In this document: positions 1-13,700 of the stretch, piece by piece
Numbering within the stretch: the stretch's first letter is position 1
Layout of the letters: every line of letters starts with the position of its first letter
NCBI GenBank assembly: GCA_002633005.1
Contig: NMRA01000040.1
Span: 203,362 to 267,361 of the forward strand
Length of the DNA stretch: 64,000 nt
Direction of reading: 5' to 3'
DNA from: Phoronis australis
Taxonomy: Eukaryota; Animalia; Phoronida
Program-made: the position numbers and the translations under genes
Notes under the pieces: generated by a model
What the model was told of the DNA's origin: nothing
The model's input: the letters and a program-made list of their open reading frames with translations, nothing else
The model's database searches: none

Positions 1-929
1 CCTTTTCTTACCAGAAAACACTGGCACTACTGTAACCCCATCTAGTGTTTGGGCTGTAAACTGCACCATCATCTGCTGTTGTTTTGCTTTTGGCACACAA
101 ATGTCACATATGTCAACAGACTTACTGAGCTCTGGGTAGTTACAACATGGTCAGTTCTCAAGATCGATTTAGGAACAGTAAGAGTTCTTTCCAATAGTTT
201 GTGTTTTTAACTTTTGACCTTAAAATTGACAAAAGCCAGTGTAATATGCCTCTTCCCAAATTGAGATAGCATTTGCAAGAATATATGCGCTAATACACTT
301 TGATTTCATGTAGTGTGGGCAGATTTAGGGCATCATATGGTGGTCAAAATTTCCACCTCAAGTGACACATACCTGATCTGTTGTTAATTTCAATTTGAAA
401 TCTTTTATGCTGACTATCAAGAGTTATGGTAACAAGTCATAAAGTGATTTCGCAGATCCTTTTACTATTTTGTTTTTAGTTGGTGGTGAGATATGGGGAC
501 CCTGGCACCTCTTAACTCTACAGGCCTGTTCATGTGACTCGTTTTTGTGGACATTTTTGCAAATCCAGTTTCACCAAATTTTGAAGAATTTAATGTGGAA
601 AATGTTCCAGATGCTGGGACAGTTATTTACACTTTTATGACACTGCGGATGGTATAAGAATTTCCACTAACTTCCAAAAGGTCTCAAAATCTCTGTTGTC
701 TCTCTATAAAAATTTGGTTTATCTAAAGATGTGGTCTGGCGAAGAGATGTTTGTATGTACAACCCATCCACCAATCTTCTTCATTGTGTTGGAGGCTGTA
801 TGTCTATTCTCACTCTTGTATGTCTAACACCTAAAGATTTTAATCTCAGTTGAAACTGTTTTACTGCCAAACCTGCCTGTGGCAACAATACCCATTGCTG
901 TCCCACGTGTCAATCAGCTAGTTAGAATA

Positions 930-1322
930 ATTACGGTCTCTTTACTTGGCGAAATAAATTTCGCCAAGTATATTGCTCTGACACTATGTTTGTTTTTTTT
1001 TTTGTTTTTTTTTTTGTTTGTTCGCACGATACAGGTCGCAATTTTCGTCCGATCATCACGAAATTTACACATAACACGTACCTCCGGAAGTTCTGGAAGC
1101 CTATTGTTTTTCGTCGAAATCGGATCCAAGATGGCGGNCAAGTGTCGCACAAGACTGTAGCCTTTTTCTTACTGATTTCGGACCTCTACGTTCGCCATGT
1201 GTATGTTATTAATACTTCTTTTTTTCACCATCGTCGTCATATTCGTCATCTTTGTCATCATCTTTATCGTCATCTTTTTGGTTAATTTCGCCAAGGTTCG
1301 CTCCTCGGAGCGCTTTCATTAC
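930..1322 (+). mobile_element. Non-autonomous Helentron/DINE-1-like element (HINE)
   Basis: 13-bp perfect inverted pair tacttggcgaaat/atttcgccaagta (943-970); T-rich and TCATC/TCG simple repeats; 3' subterminal copy aatttcgccaag (1284-1295) followed by hairpin cgctcc-tc-ggagcg (1299-1312). Ends approximate. Confidence 0.65.
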
Positions 1323-4300
1323 TTATTTATTGTTGAATTTCATTGGAGAAAGCTGCAGTTGACCAACATGGTGAGACGACAGGATCGGTCTTGTCAAATC
1401 TTGAATGAATGTCAAGTTTTTTTATTTTGTCCTGGTCACTCAGAGTGCTGCTTTGTGAAAAGGTGTTCAGGAGTGTGCAATGGTGCAAAAGTATTCCCTA
1501 CCCTAAAGGCAACAACAACATCCCCCTGCTACTTGGGAGAGATCACAAAAAACAGTTGCTGAACTGTTTGATGCTATGCCCCAGACTTAAGTTCAAACTT
1601 TTCCAGGATATGGCTTTAGTTGGATTTTGATTATTTCATTAACTCCCATTAAGATTTTAAACCCAAACAGGTGATATTGTTTGAGGACGGTGTGTTGGGA
1701 TTCTACTCCATGTTAATCCCCACCCTTCATCTGGATTTGTTTTAATTGATTCTTAAGAACTGTTCAAATGGGCTTGCTGCTAATTGAATACACAATTCTG
1801 TACATAATTGGTAAGGCTTCTGGAGCCAAGGATTGCTGGTCTGATAAATTGTTAGCATAAACAGGCCTTTCCCACTTGTTCCACTGTTACTTAAGCTTGG
1901 GTCAATGGGAACACTTTTGGCTTCCATTTTTAATCGTCTATCAAAAAACTTAAGGCTTTGTCATCAAGTAAAAGTATATATTTTCAGAAAGAGACAAGAT
2001 CTTGAGGCAAGTGCAGGGGAAACTTTGAAGAATTCCATATATTCTAGGTCTTCTGTTAAAGGAAGGATGCTCGATTCTTTAAAAAATAATTGCTTTGCTC
2101 CAGGTTCAAATCACTTTTTCCTTGTCGAGAATGTACCCTGTTAATCTTAGCACGCCATTTAGATCAAAAAGTATTAACCGATTCCTCATCAACGTGAGCA
2201 ACCGCTTGCAAGAATAACTACTTGTATTTGTAGAGGCTTTCTGTGAACAAGTAAGGTTCACATCAACACCTCTCTTAAACCTGTGGACACTTGCAAAAAG
2301 TTGTGACCCTAAGGACAGACAACCCAGAAAAAAACAGTTAATGTGATTTATGGAATCAAGTGCTGTGAGTCTCTTTATACAAACAACTAGACCTCTGAAA
2401 GCAGGTTATCTCTTCATCTATGGTGATATCTAGTGCCATCCACTCACAGACATCCTAGAACAAGTTGCTCCTGAAACAAGTTGTCGCTGGGTTTGGAGGC
2501 TGTGTGGACGCTATTTAAACTGGCGTAACTTACCCCACTTCCGACAACTTACTCCACTTTATGGAGGTAGGATAACTTGTTATGGGGTAACTTGCACCTC
2601 TTCTTATTCCTGTGTGGCAGCTAACCCCAGGGGCAAGGCGGAGTAATTATAAGGTGTGGTAACATAACAGGCAAGTCTTCTTTTGTGTCCCCATTGGCAT
2701 CAGCTGTTCATTGTCATACACAGATTGACAGCTTCTGCACCACCCCAGTTATCAGATGTCTGTATCTGTGTGTGGTGTGTGGGTGCTCCACTTAAAAAAG
2801 TGGGGTAAGTTGCATTATTGTAAGCTTTTCTAGGGTAGGCTGCGTGTGTGGAGGGGACTAAATGTTACTCAGCTGTGGTCACCCAGTATAGGAAATAAAC
2901 AATGGTTCTGGGATTCTGTGTTAGCTTGCCCCCTCCCCCTCCCGAATGATTTGATTCGTTTAAGCCACCAGAATTAAATCTGCATTAGACACGTGCTTTC
3001 TGTCAAAAACAGGTTTAAATTAAACCACTTAGTTATAAAATTGGCCTTATCTTCTGCCTTACTCTGTTCAGAAGTGATCTCTGGGCTCGCATTTGGCTGT
3101 CTGTCATTTCTTCAGACAAAGCTCATAACATTTCAGGTCATGATGTGAAATTTTATGAGCTTGCTCTTGAGCAATAACAAACTGACAGTTCTTTCCAATG
3201 GTAATATATAAACACCCAAGAGAAATTATTGGTGTAATAACACCTGGAAACACCCAGATAGCATTTCTTTTTTAGTCGTCTGGACACCACAGTAACATAA
3301 TGATACGTGAATTTCTGACATAGTTGCAACTCTCAGAAATCTGCTTTACCGGGGTCACCCAACAAAATGTGAGGTTGCATTGGCGAGCTGCAGGTGGCCA
3401 AGTGAGCACTGTTAATATTACATTTGAAACTTGGCCTGTTTTATGACACCATGCAATTTGTTAATATATATGTACAAGAAATGCAGTCCTCCGATGCTCG
3501 GCTAATCAAAAGTCCTTTTGAATGGACTAGATCACTAGCAATTACCGCAGACTTAGTGGCTACAAAATACTGACGAAAATAAATTGATGTATCGTTGACT
3601 AAAATGGGGGTTTTCAAACTTCTATCACACAGACTTCTCGGGCAACGTATGTAGGACCCTAGAAAATTGTCCTAATTTGGCAACTAGTGTATGAGAAATT
3701 ACTGAGGATTCTTATGAAACTTTCAGATACTATGTGTTATGCACTGTTCTCTAAAACACCTTGTTTTTAAATGCTCAAATTTGGCATAGGATTTTTATGC
3801 AAAAACCTTGAAGTTGAAGGAAATGAAAATGAAATGAGAGAGAGAGGGAGAGAAAACCGCGACAGCGTTTTTGAGATTTCCCCTTAAATATCCAAATCAA
3901 ACAAAGTTTGGTCATAATATTGGTACCATTGTTGTGCTACGAATGTACCTTTCTTTTTGAATAATTTTACTTAAAAACACATGGTCACGTGACCTAGGTA
4001 ATGGTAGATTGGTACAAATTAAGAAATAAAATTCTACATTTTTTCTACTTTCATTAAATATATACTTTTACTGAGTTAAGATCAATAGCTTTATATAGGG
4101 TATGTATGGCTGAATGCAAACCATCTCAATAAGGTCCTCATCTAAACCTGGTAACCTAAACCATACATTTGAAGTATGTACTAACAAATATGCATCATTG
4201 TTTTGAAGTTAGTATTTGGCCTGGTGTGTCAAATTTGACTTGGACCACCACGGTGAGGTGGCTGAAGGTGAAAGTGCGTGGGCAAAAAAAATAACTGGAA

Positions 4301-4780
4301 AAATTTCCACAGGGTTAAGTAGACCATGTGTGACTGGCTGACTGTGTAGGCGAGTGATTATTTTTTCGTCTGCATAATTTAATGGCAAGGCTGAATGTGC
4401 AGACTGGCCTTTGTCACTAGAGTTGGATTCAGTACAGTTTAATGGTGTTGACTTTTGACACTGAAGATAAAGTTTTCTTTTTCTTTTGAAGTATATTGCT
4501 TGATGCAGCACCCGTTGACCTTTTTACAGTGGCATTTGAAGGTCCTCCTACCCTCCATCTTTTAAGATTTCTGATTTTTATTGAGTTTAAATTAACTCGC
4601 TGCTTACATGTTTGAGCGATGGCCATTTTTTACAGTTTCAATAGAAAAGGAGTTTTTTATGATTCCTCTGATTTTAAACGGAGCTCGTCAAAATGCTGAA
4701 CTGTCAAAGATCGCATGGATTTATGGCTGTTGAAAATTTGAATTCCCTTCCATATCCAGCGGACACGTGACCTTCAGGCA

Positions 4781-4973
4781 GATTGTCCTTCTGGGCACTG
4801 ACATGGGCAACAAACGACTTGACCAACTGATAATGACTTGACCAGCAGCAACATTTCTTTAGGATCGTTATAATGCCTTCGATTGCAAGTTGCCCTTCTG
4901 GTCACTGACACCTACAGCAAACTAACGAAAATGTAGACTTGACTAACATATAATGACTTGGCCAGCATTAACA
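4781..4973 (+). repeat. Diverged ~110-bp tandem duplication
   Basis: ccttctgg.cactgaca...gacttgac.aac...taatgacttg.ccagca occurs twice. Confidence 0.65.
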
Positions 4974-7567
4974 TAATACCTAATAGCATTGCACCAACAC
5001 ACCTATGTGGTAGAAGTGTATGTGCTAGGTATTGTCCTCCCAAGAGAAACAAAATCTCCAGAATTCATATGCAGTGGTGGTCAACTCTAGTGTCTTGATA
5101 ATCACTGGCACACTACACTGGACCAGTCAATAATATTTCTACTTTTAAGAGCTGTGTTTGCCGACAGGTGTCCTTAGCTTCTGATCGTTCCAATATACTA
5201 TATATAATACTGAAAGGTGTGACACTCGAGGACTAGGAATTCACAATTGCTATACTTCAGCTGTCCATATCAAATACAAATCTCAATAAATTTACTTAAA
5301 ACAGGGGTTCAGATTTTTTGGTTGAAGGGGCTTGGCAATCCAGCAGCGTCAGTCGCCTCACTATACTGCTGAAGGTGGGAAACACAAAATCACCACCTCT
5401 TCACTCTTCAGTCACATGACGTGTCTTCTTTGAAAAAAATATGTGCAACTAAAAACTTCATAACCGCATCAGCTCTAGGAAAACCCTGACCAGAACTTAT
5501 GTACTGGCTCACTGGTAATTTGTGTATGTAGGCCATAATTCATTTGTCAGTATATGTATATGTTTGTGTATACATGCATACAAACTTTTTGATAACACAA
5601 CCAATTTTTTTGTTTGAAATCTTGATACAGAGCCGCTCATAGTGTAGAAACAATCTCCTTTCGTCAGGCTTGCGGTGACCCTGTATCAAGCTATCAAGCA
5701 AAAAGTTAAGTGGTGTTTTAAGTTCAATGAAGTTTGTGTTAACAAAGGGCTGCTACCCAATTATATACAAATTATATACGCATACACATACATACACTTG
5801 TGTGTATCAGAAAGGATTATATGTATAGTCTGCATTATTATATAACTGTTATGATATGTAGGATATCATGGCACCATCTCGAATGTGAATTAAGTCCCTG
5901 AAGATGAGCTTTGGATTTGTTTACTCCATTATCTAACTGTTAGTGATAATTAAGGTATCATCTCAAGTGTGAATAGTCTTGAAAGCTTTTGCTGATTATA
6001 GCAAGTTAGCCTTGGCTGAAATTGATGGGAACCATCACTTTTTTCTTTTAGTGGCCCTGTACAGACCAGAATCAACTATTGGGTATTTTGGATTAAGATC
6101 AATGTATGAAATTGGTGACTAAATGATAAAAGACATAGCGTCTTGTTCCAGCTGACTGCATCATCTGCTGCATACTGTGCTGGCATGCGCCATAGGTTTT
6201 ATGCTAATCCTCAGTCAAATATTGAACATTGTTCATTTGTTGCGTTTCAAGTGTGAGAACACTCCTTTCCAAGACTGTCCCTTGCCATTTAAGTGTGAAT
6301 GAAATAAATACAGTGTAGTCGGGTTGTACCATATTCAAAAGAAAAAGTGGGTTTTAAATAATTGCTGTTTTTGATTATTTAGTACGCATTTACGCATTTA
6401 AGTAATTATCTGAGGCTGAAATGAGGAGTTTTGGTTTGATATCCTTGTCTCCATATTTTTGCCACCGTTTATACATTTTTGTAAATTCTATCTTTTTCTT
6501 CTGGTATGATTTACAGTATATTTTATTCATTTATATTGATGAAATTAATTCAGTCAATCAACCACCTTTTGCACTTTAAAAGCTGCCTCAGGGAAACTAA
6601 ATAAAGTAATTCAAGTGTACTTCTGTAATCAATGAACTGTGCCTTATAAGTATTGGATGACCTACACCTGGTGTATGGTATACTTGTGTAAAATTCGGAA
6701 TCCTAGATGCCTCTCAAATGCATTGCACACAATTTTTTTTGCAAATGCTGCAACACCTCACTCTAACATAAACTGTACAGCCAAGTCTAGGCCAGATTCC
6801 TTTGTAAAGTAAGGAGTCTCCTCCATTGAATATTCATGAGGGGTTCTGCATTTTCCAATTTATTCTGTCTATAGTCCTTTTCATATCAACTGAACTGTGG
6901 AGCATCGAATTAAATTGCTAAGTTAGCTGTACCTTTCAGACCAGTTTCAGTAGCAAACTGATACAGCGATGTTGTAGTTTGTTGTGTGGGTCATCGAAAT
7001 TATTGCAAGATCGTCCTTCCAAAATATGATGCTGGCGTAGTCTTTTTAAAGTTGAAGTATCATATATATGGTCGGGTAATAAATGAAATGATGTGCTCAT
7101 GGTCGGAGAATGGTTAACGTTTGAAGAAAAAACAACAAAAAATACCACGTGCCATTATTGACAGCAACACCTGTCCATAAATCTGATAACACTGAAGTTA
7201 CCTGTTCATGCCATATTGAAACATCTCCACTCCTGCTCTGCTGTTAAATCCATCTGTTTACTGTAATGTTAACTTGGCACTGTTATTTTTTATTCACGGC
7301 CGAAGTTAGCCCTTCATAGCGACAGACACGCCCCAAAACGTCAATGTGTTGCGTTGGTATGAAAGGCGCTCAATAGAAGGCTATTTGAGCCAGTTGTTTT
7401 AATTGAAAATTGAGTCATGATATTTGTTTCGCCATTTTGAAAAGATGTTATTAAATGTTCCAGAAAAAAATGTCATGCATTCGACAAAATTTATCTCAGA
7501 AGTTTGCGCCAGAACATGCTTATGTTAATTTATGATAGTTCAGATATGTGTACTCTCTTGTATAGTA

Positions 7568-7639
7568 GCTGACTTGTATAATGGCTGACTTGTATAATGA
7601 CTGACTTGTATAATGGCTGACTTGTATAATGGCCGACTT
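7568..7639 (+). repeat. 16-bp tandem repeat (gctgacttgtataatg) x4.5
   Basis: Units start at 7568, 7584, 7600 and 7616, with a partial unit at 7632. Confidence 0.9.
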
Positions 7640-7650
7640 TTGTTTTGTAG

Positions 7651-7722
7651 GAAAAAGTTATATGTGGCACCAACTGTGAACTAGGAAATAATTGCAGATG
7701 TATCGCAGAAAAAGGAGCGAGG
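7651..7722 (+). CDS. COL4A2: Col IV visible exon 1 (7S cysteine region)
   Basis: ttttgtag|...|gtaagt; [24 protein letters not shown]; 72 nt, ends in phase 0. Confidence 0.88.
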
Positions 7723-10700
7723 GTAAGTATTTTCTACTCCCTAAAGGGTGAGTTTTGTCTCGTAACATAAATGTTAGCAGAGTTCTCTCCACTTTTTTTA
7801 ACGATTCTTACATTTCATTCAGTACCAAACTATGCACAAAATTCTGTATTGACGACTTTAAGGTAGGTGGATACACAAAAAAAATAATTTTCACTGTTTT
7901 TTACATTTTTATGTCATCCTAATCTTTAATTCTTGATGCACAGTATACTGAAGAAAAATAAAATCATTCTGAAAATCCAAAGTTGTTTTTTTAGCTACAT
8001 TTGACCAAGCCTCAGTAAGTCGTATGGCTTGAGTGCTCACCAGCTCAGTGATTGACAACTGGGGCGGAGCTTATGTACAAGGACACTTCCTAGCTCTAAT
8101 CTAACCCTGTCAACAAGCATTGCGTAACCGGGCAATCGAGAGTGCTGTACCAGCTGATATTGGTGTTGTAGCAAGACCAAGGCAAGAATAAAATAATTCT
8201 ATTTTTGACCATGTGAAAGTTGGTAGTGAAATTATGAACTAGCTCCTGTTCCGAGCCTGAGCCTGTTTGTGTATCTGCAAAGTACGCCAAGTCCTACCAA
8301 AGCCATCACTGCACTCAGCTTGAGGAGTCAGTGCAGAAATTGTGCATGTATAAGAGAAGTCGGTAATATGAGGTAAGGTGTCTTGCGAGAGGACGCTGAG
8401 CATCGACGTGGGTGGTGTTGCACGATTCGGTGAGAGTGCATGCACGCGCTGTGAAGACAAGCCGCGCGCGCGACACATTGGCAACTACATGCCGTCAGAG
8501 TAGAGTCTTCGCAGATAAACCGTGCTTCTGTGCTGGGAACGCGCCGGGAGAAACTTAGGCTGTCAAACCCAGAGGATTTTTTAACTTGCCACTGGCCGTA
8601 ACCCAAAGAAATGACCCAGTGTTCAACATAACAAAATTTTTCTAGTGCATAGATTCAAACGTAATCCTGAATTAAAACTCATGATATNNNNNNNNNNNNN
8701 NNNNNNNNNNNNNNNNNNNNNNNNNNNNNNNNNNNNNNNNNNNNNNNNNNNNNNNNNNNNNNNNNNNNNNNNNNNNNNNNNNNNNNNNNNNNNNNNNNNN
8801 NNNNNNNNNNNNNNNNNNNNNNNNNNNNNNNNNNNNNNNNNNNNNNNNNNNNNNNNNNNNNNNNNNNNNACGAAAGTTGCAAATTTGAAATCCTCTTGGA
8901 CTGAAGTAAAATCGCGTGCCAGGGTTTTTTGATAAATGGACCAGATTTTTAGTTATTAGACAGAAAGTGACCAAATGACAAAAAGTGGCGTGCTTGCCCC
9001 AACTCACACACAAAAAATGCCACAAAATCAAGATCATAATGATTGTGTACATATATTTGGTATGGATAAGTAGAATATTGCGTAAGGAAACAGTTGATGA
9101 TGATCCCTGTGCATTTTGAAAAAAAAATCAAGGTAAAATTGGATTTTTTGAAAATTAAAAAATACGATTTTTTAAAAAAACGAACTACAAAAAAAACTTT
9201 TTTTTCGATTTTTGTCACTTTCAGAGTCATGTCTAACTAGTTAAAACTCCCTTTTTACTCATTTTAGTTAGGAACCTGGAGATTTGATCAGTGTATACAC
9301 CTACCTTAAGTTTTCCACAGTTGTTTTTACTCAGTATACGGTGTGCGAAATGCATGTGAATCTTGCCGGCGAAATGTCTGTACTCAGTGCTACAGTAGCT
9401 GGAAAACAATTAGACAGCTGATAAGACCAGTAGCCTGAAGGGAGCACAAAAAATGGAAACCTAGCCCTTCCAGTCTATGTAGCAGATGCCATTTGGTCTT
9501 AATTTCTGCAACACTTACCAGAGTACCCCAGGTTAAATTGTTGTGGCATGAGTAAGACCTACCTGTCAGAATGGCCAAGTCATCTCCTCAATTTGTGTAC
9601 AGACGTTGTTGCTATTTGGCAGATTACCAAAGTCTGACAGAGAATTTTCAAAACATTTCCTCTTGCATTATTTTTTGCTCTGTACATTTCTTTTGCTTTC
9701 TCACTTAAATATCTCTTACTGTAATGAACACGAACATTTTCAGTCACCAAATAGCAGTAGAATAAATAGATTTGCTAAGTGCGAGTCCTTCACTCCAATT
9801 TTCGATTTTTAATTAAAATTCTTTATTTGATTTACAAAACTTGGTATGAGTTACAAATTATGTTTGTGTGACACTTCACTAAGTGTAACTCGATCACAAT
9901 TGTAATTTATGTTGTCTGTCAGTTAGTTTCTTCTCTGGTGTTTCAATGCAAAAAAAATGCATTTTTGGTCACAATTGCATGTCATTAGCTTTTGCCTGTA
10001 AAGGTTTTTTGTGACCTGAGACCTAAAACGTGCCCCTTCAATGAACTTTGCAATCCAGACTACATGTGTTCATAATTACTGTACAAAAGGTAGAAACAAA
10101 TGTTATCACAATATTAGTGTGACTCTGCTCTACATCAGAACAGCAACTCAAAACTGGAATAATATGTCTGTTGTCTGACTTAGCCAGCCAGTTCAGAGTT
10201 CGTATTTCTCAAAGTAGTGTCAAGGTATCAAATATACCAATCAGTCTCTCCGGTTCATGCCAAAACTCCCATTTTGGCAGGTTTTTCTGAACCAATAGTA
10301 AATTCAGATGTGGAAAGTAATATAATAAGATATGGCAGTTGGGAAATAATCAATCGAGCTAAATTTGAATTTAAAAAGTTACTCAAAGTACAATTATAAT
10401 TTTTGTTATTCTAATGAATATTAGTACATAACCAACATGTTGACAAGGGTGTCAGTGAATTAAAGGTGAAATTTCTGCAGAAAACAAATTTTTGAGTATA
10501 ATTTGCTGCCTTAAGCAATTCAATTCATATTTTTTGACAAAATATTGGCACAGCCCAAAACTAGAGTTTCACAAGTAAGCTCAAGACAGACAAGTAAGGA
10601 TAGACACTGCAGAAACTAGAATCATCTGGTAATATATATGTATAGTGGTGTGGTGCAGTGGCACCAATGTCAGCCAAAAGTAAGTGCCAGATTAATGTCT

Positions 10701-13700
10701 AGGGAAGCTGTGCTACAGAACTTGTTATGGAAAGGCACTAATTAGATACTGTGGGTCTTTTGTGGAAAATTGAGAAAATAAATAATACTTGTACGCAGTG
10801 TCCCCAAAATTTTTGAGACTCTTAATTACTCTTACTCTTTTTCTTGAGCCACGGTAATGTCTCTTGAATCAGCTGTGTGACTGAATGAGCCTCAGTGCCA
10901 CTGGGATAACCCCTGTGAAGCTTAAGTTTTGCACAGAGCTGATAGAGAGGTACAATCCCTGCCAATCGGTAATCCAGCGCAATAACCAAAAATCCCCTGC
11001 TATGGCTGGGCTCTGATAACAGAAAAAATAACTGGAATTAACTTAATCTGTCTTCTATTTCTGTAGCAGATATGCTAATTGTAATACTTTTACCAAAATT
11101 AAGAATATAATCCATCTTATTCTTGCCACGTATTGATCGTCGACCGTTTTGTATTAGACATGTTCAAGTAGTTGTTCATTCTTTTTAAGCTGGCACCATT
11201 CATTTTCTGATTTTGAAAAACAAGATACATGGCATGCAACAATTAATTGTTGTAACGGGGCTGTGAAATAATTCAGCAGAAAAAAACAATTCGCAGGGCA
11301 TTTTTAAGTTACTTCTCACGTTGAAGTTGTAAAACGGATTTTGATAATGAACAAAACAGAAAAAAATGTAATTTCATGTTTGCTAAAATGAATTTCTCTG
11401 ATTTTGTTAACAGAATACCAATGGTGTCAAGGCGCCACGAATGAAATTTTTTGTCAATGTAGCCATCCGTCATGACTGCGAATATTAAGAAAATCATGTG
11501 GCCAGTCATTTTTGGTATGGGAGAAATTATCCACCATAACGGAGAGGGACCACTTTTATCACCATGACAAATGGCTCAATTTTCCCTTCACCAAGAAATA
11601 GGCCCTTGGTTTGTGTCGTATATCACTGAAGGGTTTCCATGCCAGGACTGTTTAACCAGCAAGGCACTCTCCCTTAATTTATGAATTCATCAATCCCATA
11701 ATTCAATATTCCAACCTTACAGACCAGTTGGCACTTCATTGGCTGCCATTTTGCTTGGACAGACTTTTAAGCTGCTGATCATACTCCTAAAACACTCTCT
11801 CTGGCGTGATTTTAAAAAGTCTTGTGAGGTCATGCTTTCTCGCAACTGAAGCAGCTTGGGTTACGGAGAGCTACTCTGGCTTTTGCCATGAACAGGTCTT
11901 TTTCTCACTTTCATGTCCTCATCAGAACTGACAGGTTGAAGTGTCCACTAGCAGTCAATATAACAAATTACTTTAACATAGTCTCGCACAATTAGCCCTT
12001 ACTTTATAGCTTTTCATATCAATTGGAAGGTCATTTCACAAATTTTTCATGTTATCTGTAGTTGGAACTTTGATTTTGTTATGGTTGGCATACTTTCTTA
12101 AGTGAATTGTCTGAATTCAACCAATTAAGAGGCTGTGTTAAGACGTTGGGCACCAAATTCAAGAAACAAATCAAGTAAAGAATTGTAAAACTCTTCGAAG
12201 TGAATACCAGCCAGCAACAATTTCATGGCAAGAAATACGACCAGGAACTGACAAGGAATAGTACAGACCAGGAACTGACAAGGAATAGTACCGTAACGAA
12301 TTACAAACAATTGTCAGGATTCTCAGTGTGTTCTTGCGAATGACAAAAATATCCTGTCAGCTCATGTGCAGAACCAATTTATTGTAGTGTGACAATGCCA
12401 TTACTTGCCAATGTGCGGCATGTCATCACATTGGTAAGCATCTGGTGTGATAACTTTGGTTAATTACGACAGTTTTCCACTTAATTTCGCACAATAAAAA
12501 TTTCCAGAAATTGTCGTTTTCCTGTGTTTCAAAGGCTGGCCACTTACCTGTATGTGATTTTAAAATTGATCAAAGGTTGTTTGGTGACACTGACACAGTA
12601 CGATCCATGCTAGTAATAGACTGAAATTTTTTAAGTCGTTATTTTTGTACAGAAATTGGACAAAATACTACAGAATTTCACTCGTCGGCCAAATTGTGCT
12701 TAATAAGTGAAGAATCATCGTAAGACTCTGTAAGACTATAATTGCTTCAGCTTCTTATTGTCTTTTCTAGGGCCACCCAGGTTTAACTGGCATCCCTGGA
12801 GCACAAGGCCAGCAAGGCTTTCCTGGACCTGAAGGTCCACAGGGGTTTCCAGGCTCAAAGGGTGAACCAGGTCCACCCGGACCTGCTGGGTCCAAGGGTG
12901 ACAGGGTAGGAACTGTGTTCCAGTAATAAAACTATGCCTTTTGTTTAAAAACTTAAGTCTCAAAATTCTTCATTCACTGGTAGGAACGAACAGGTGGCTA
13001 CAGAAACAAATTTGCACCTGAGGTGTGTGTGTATAGAACGGCTGCTGTACAAACCTTGTTGGTCATGTTTTCACTTTCTAGTGTCCCAGTTGTAAACATT
13101 TCTTATCGTTGCATTGGCTGAAATAAAGTTACACTTGCATGCTAAATGTATGAAGAATTTCCTTGTGACTGGTGTTACTCTTTGTGTCAAACTGCACTCA
13201 GATTCTAATGGTTAGTCATAGATCATAAACAAATTCTAATTGGAAACTCTAGTCTTTCATATGTCTAGTTTAGATTTTACTTGGTCAGAGCTGATTTTAT
13301 TCTTTCTTTTTTGCAGGGTAAAATGGGAGCTCCAGGCTTTCCCGGTGTTAATGGTATTCCAGTGAGTGTTTTCCTGTGATTTGGTAATTTCGTGCAATTT
13401 TACCCCTCGGCTAACATAGTTCCAGAAAGAAATGATTAAATGCTCTTTGTTTCCATAAAAATCGTTGTGCAATTTGCGTTTTTTGCCTCTTAAATATATC
13501 TTGTATTGTAATCTGTGCAAAGTCTGAAATTTGATTATGTGGGTGCATTGTGCCGTCATCCTTGTCTGTCCATCTGTTGTCCGGTATCAGCTTCCCCTAC
13601 AAAACCCTTTGATGTATGTTCGTGAAATTTTGCACATGAGTTCCTTTCATCTTTAGAGTTCTTTGACAGATTTTCATAAAATTTGGCAAATAATTTTGAG

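Noticed and set aside
879-1562. Hydrophobic membrane-protein-like ORFs
   Set aside because: They arise from T-rich and TCATC simple repeats inside the HINE-like element.
2455-2515. Short match to ~58261-58315 considered as a conserved regulatory element
   Set aside because: Only ~55 bp of diverged similarity; most simply fragments of a dispersed repeat.
8645-9052. ORFs containing long X runs
   Set aside because: Artefacts of the 182-N assembly gap.
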